From positions 1-57,468 of the IMG/VR virus record IMGVR_UViG_3300023276_000855: DNA of 57,468 nt, one strand, 5' to 3'. Positions 55,199 through 57,468 of the stretch are shown piece by piece. The first letter of the stretch is position 1. The number at the start of each line of letters is the position of its first letter. Origin of the DNA: a virus (lineage: Duplodnaviria; Caudoviricetes). Below the pieces are notes generated by a model that saw nothing but the letters and a program-made list of their open reading frames with translations, had not been told where the DNA came from and did no database searches. The translations under genes and the position numbers were made by a program.

Positions 55199-56367
55199 TA
55201 TCCTACGAAAATCCCGATAGGTTCTGAATCACCAAATCCAGCACTTGGACCATCTAGCATTAATTCTTCTAATCTTTCCTTCTCTTGCAAACCTTCATTA
55301 AGTACAAGTTCACCATTTAAAGTTCCAGATCCTGGCAAAGATACATTTGAAATCTTTGTAAGTATGCGACCCCAAGTAATCTTAGTAAGAGCTAATGCAT
55401 ATTGATATACCCAAGGTTCTTTAATAATATCTCTAATTGGTCTTTCAACATAACATGAAATTACTCCCCAATATCTTGTATCTTTTGGTTGTGGATAGAG
55501 TTTTAAGTATTGAGTTCTCTGATCAAAATGTGTTTCTTTCTTGAGGGCAAGCACTTTTTCTCGTGTTTCTTGCCACTCTTTCATAGTATTCCACGATACT
55601 AGATCAAATCCAAAATTACCCATTGCATGACTGAAGAATGTTTGTTGAGCCATTGATTGCTCCATTGTGAATAGCGTATTAATACCTGTTGTAGATCCTT
55701 CATCAAACTCTTTAACTGCAATAACCTTTCTATATTCCATTGTATCGTAGTCAAATGCATTATTATATACCTCTACATCTTCCGCAACAGCACCTTCTTT
55801 AGTAATAGTTGTTTGTCCTGCCTTCTGGAAGCTGGCTGATAATGCTGGTAGATATTCAGTGATGTCTGTATAAACATCTCCTCCAATAATATCCATTTTA
55901 GGTATACCATTCTCTGGAATCACAGCACTTAGGGCTGAACTAGCAGTAAAGTCGCTATATTCGATAGGAGTTGTCACAACATACACTTCATTGGTATTAT
56001 CAATGGAAAAGTCGGGATTATTGCGAATTGTGGGGTCTTTTGCTAGTCTTTGGGCTGGTGTGAACCCAGTATTGGCTACTGTGAATAGGTGATCTAAACG
56101 AATTCCTCTATTCTTTTCATATAAATTACTATCAAATACTAAGTATTCCTCAGTATACCCTGCAAATTTAGTAAAAAATTCCATAGAAATACTAATATTT
56201 TCATACAATCCTTCAGGGTGTACCTCTACATTAATGGATGGATGTCCCAAACTATACAAAATTCGTTGTCCAAGGGCTTGAAAACTCTCAATTTTTGAGT
56301 TTAAGTTTGTGGATTGGAATGCGCTTATAGGTTTTACTTCGCACAGGTTACTATCATGAAGACTCAT
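55198..56367 (-). CDS. gp13: neck protein
   Basis: LGHPSINVEV, W..QYALALTK..WG..L.K, LPG..LNG. Confidence 0.85.
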   Translation of the reverse strand: MSLHDSNLCEVKPISAFQSTNLNSKIESFQALGQRILYSLGHPSINVEVHPEGLYENISISMEFFTKFAGYTEEYLVFDSNLYEKNRGIRLDHLFTVANTGFTPAQRLAKDPTIRNNPDFSIDNTNEVYVVTTPIEYSDFTASSALSAVIPENGIPKMDIIGGDVYTDITEYLPALSASFQKAGQTTITKEGAVAEDVEVYNNAFDYDTMEYRKVIAVKEFDEGSTTGINTLFTMEQSMAQQTFFSHAMGNFGFDLVSWNTMKEWQETREKVLALKKETHFDQRTQYLKLYPQPKDTRYWGVISCYVERPIRDIIKEPWVYQYALALTKITWGRILTKISNVSLPGSGTLNGELVLNEGLQEKERLEELMLDGPSAGFGDSEPIGIFVG

Positions 56368-56438
56368 ATGCATTATTTAGCATTTTACACTCACAACATC
56401 AAGTGATAGCTATTAAATAGTATTAATAACATCACACC

Positions 56439-57149
56439 ATGAATATAATCTATGTAAAAAATATGCTAGAGATATGTGCTATTGTAGCAGGACTAACTGT
56501 TACTTTGATACCAACATATCGCTGGATGAAAAACCGCATAAGGCGTAAGGAAGAGGAAGAAGAGGCTAAGGAAGATGAGAGAAAGACTCACAAAGCTATA
56601 TCTGAACAAACTCTAGAATCTATTAAAGGAATAGATATACGTTTAAAGAATGTGGAGGAGGAGATTACATTAAGTGATGGGTCTATAAAGAATTTTGTAC
56701 ACGTCATTAAAGCTGAAATTGATACCTCGAATTGGTTGAACCCTAGACCTATGTTTAGGACAACCACTTCTGGATTAAATATATTTGTAAATGAGGCATA
56801 TTGTCAAATCTGTAAATGTAAGTCTGAAGATCTCATCAATTTGGGATGGATGAATTTCCTCATATCCACCGAGATGGCAGACTCTATACATCGAAGATGG
56901 ATGTCTTTCGCACACGAACTGACTCAATATAATGATGTAATGCATTTTGTCACAAATGATGGGGAGGATAGAGGTAATTGGAATGTAGTTATCAAACCAT
57001 TGGGACCAACCACTTTACAAAAAAATGTACTATCTGACGATAGAACTATTATTAAAGAAGATGTGCATGAATATATATGGCACGGAACATTCAAACCAAA
57101 AGACGATATTGCTAAGAAAATTGCTGACAATCTGGGAATTCCATACTAA
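56439..57149 (+). CDS. membrane-anchored PAS-like domain protein
   Basis: N-terminal TM, coiled coil, then PMFRT..G..IFVNEAYC......DLI..GW..F. Confidence 0.6.
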   Translation: MNIIYVKNMLEICAIVAGLTVTLIPTYRWMKNRIRRKEEEEEAKEDERKTHKAISEQTLESIKGIDIRLKNVEEEITLSDGSIKNFVHVIKAEIDTSNWLNPRPMFRTTTSGLNIFVNEAYCQICKCKSEDLINLGWMNFLISTEMADSIHRRWMSFAHELTQYNDVMHFVTNDGEDRGNWNVVIKPLGPTTLQKNVLSDDRTIIKEDVHEYIWHGTFKPKDDIAKKIADNLGIPY

Positions 57150-57157
57150 ATAGATGC

Positions 57158-57319
57158 ATGAGATATACACCCCCAACCAAATTAGCCATGCGTATAACTT
57201 ACGGTCTTTTAATAGGATCTATTATATTCACCATGTTTGATTATAATAGATTTTCTAATGTATGTTCCGTGATATCGACCTGTAATCTATTGGCAGCTAT
57301 TCAATTCAAAAAATATTAA
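57158..57319 (+). CDS. small membrane protein (53 aa)
   Basis: Read manually; CTAAATA-N5-ATG; hydrophobic. Confidence 0.5.
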   Translation: MRYTPPTKLAMRITYGLLIGSIIFTMFDYNRFSNVCSVISTCNLLAAIQFKKY

Positions 57320-57336
57320 TTGAAAAAATAAAGACA

Positions 57337-57371
57337 AAAAAAGCGAGGTAATTATACCTCGCTTTTTTTTT
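57337..57371. terminator. bidirectional terminator
   Basis: AAAAAAGCGAGGTA-loop-TACCTCGCTTTTTT. Confidence 0.85.
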
Positions 57372-57378
57372 ATATTTA

Positions 57379-57468
57379 TTATTCTATAGGAGCTTCGCCA
57401 CCAGCCTCCATTGGGGCTTCCTCGCCACCGATTGGCATTTCCTCTGCCATATCGCCCCCAGCAGCAGC
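57379..57468 (-). CDS. partial CDS, acidic Gly/Pro-rich C-terminus (possibly portal gp20)
   Basis: AAAGGDMAEEMPIGGEEAPMEAGGEAPIE*; runs off the window edge, identity inferred from context only. Confidence 0.4.
   Translation of the reverse strand, partial: AAAGGDMAEEMPIGGEEAPMEAGGEAPIE

Overview
A 57.5-kb AT-rich segment of a large T4-like (Tevenvirinae-like) myophage genome. 1-13.8 kb is a plus-strand early region of small hypothetical genes, organised by about 14 copies of a conserved promoter-like box (GTAAAACTGTTTTTACTTT plus an extended -10). 14.4-18 kb holds three late genes with T4 capsid-targeting-like N-termini. 18-41.8 kb is a mostly minus-strand accessory block: NADAR, ClpP, HNH, nucleotidyltransferases, MazG, a 9-tRNA cluster, YqeY, sulfotransferase, a YadA-repeat fibre, RNase H, thyA and two glycosyltransferases. 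A spanin/holin/endolysin cassette, nrdB/nrdA, a second ClpP-like gene and the head module (split gp5, gp23, gp22, gp21, gp4, gp13) follow. Two systems missed by the ORF track stand out. (1) A 17-codon leader peptide with a 1:2/2:3/3:4 attenuator sits in front of seven tRNA genes, and its codons cover all seven tRNAs. (2) Two paralogous early genes each carry an in-frame GGA-TGA-CCN-GCC followed 12 nt later by a covarying 8-bp hairpin with an AGUU loop, i.e. candidate phage selenoproteins with SECIS elements. Promoter-to-ATG spacing suggests widespread leaderless translation. All calls come from reading the sequence; no searches were run.
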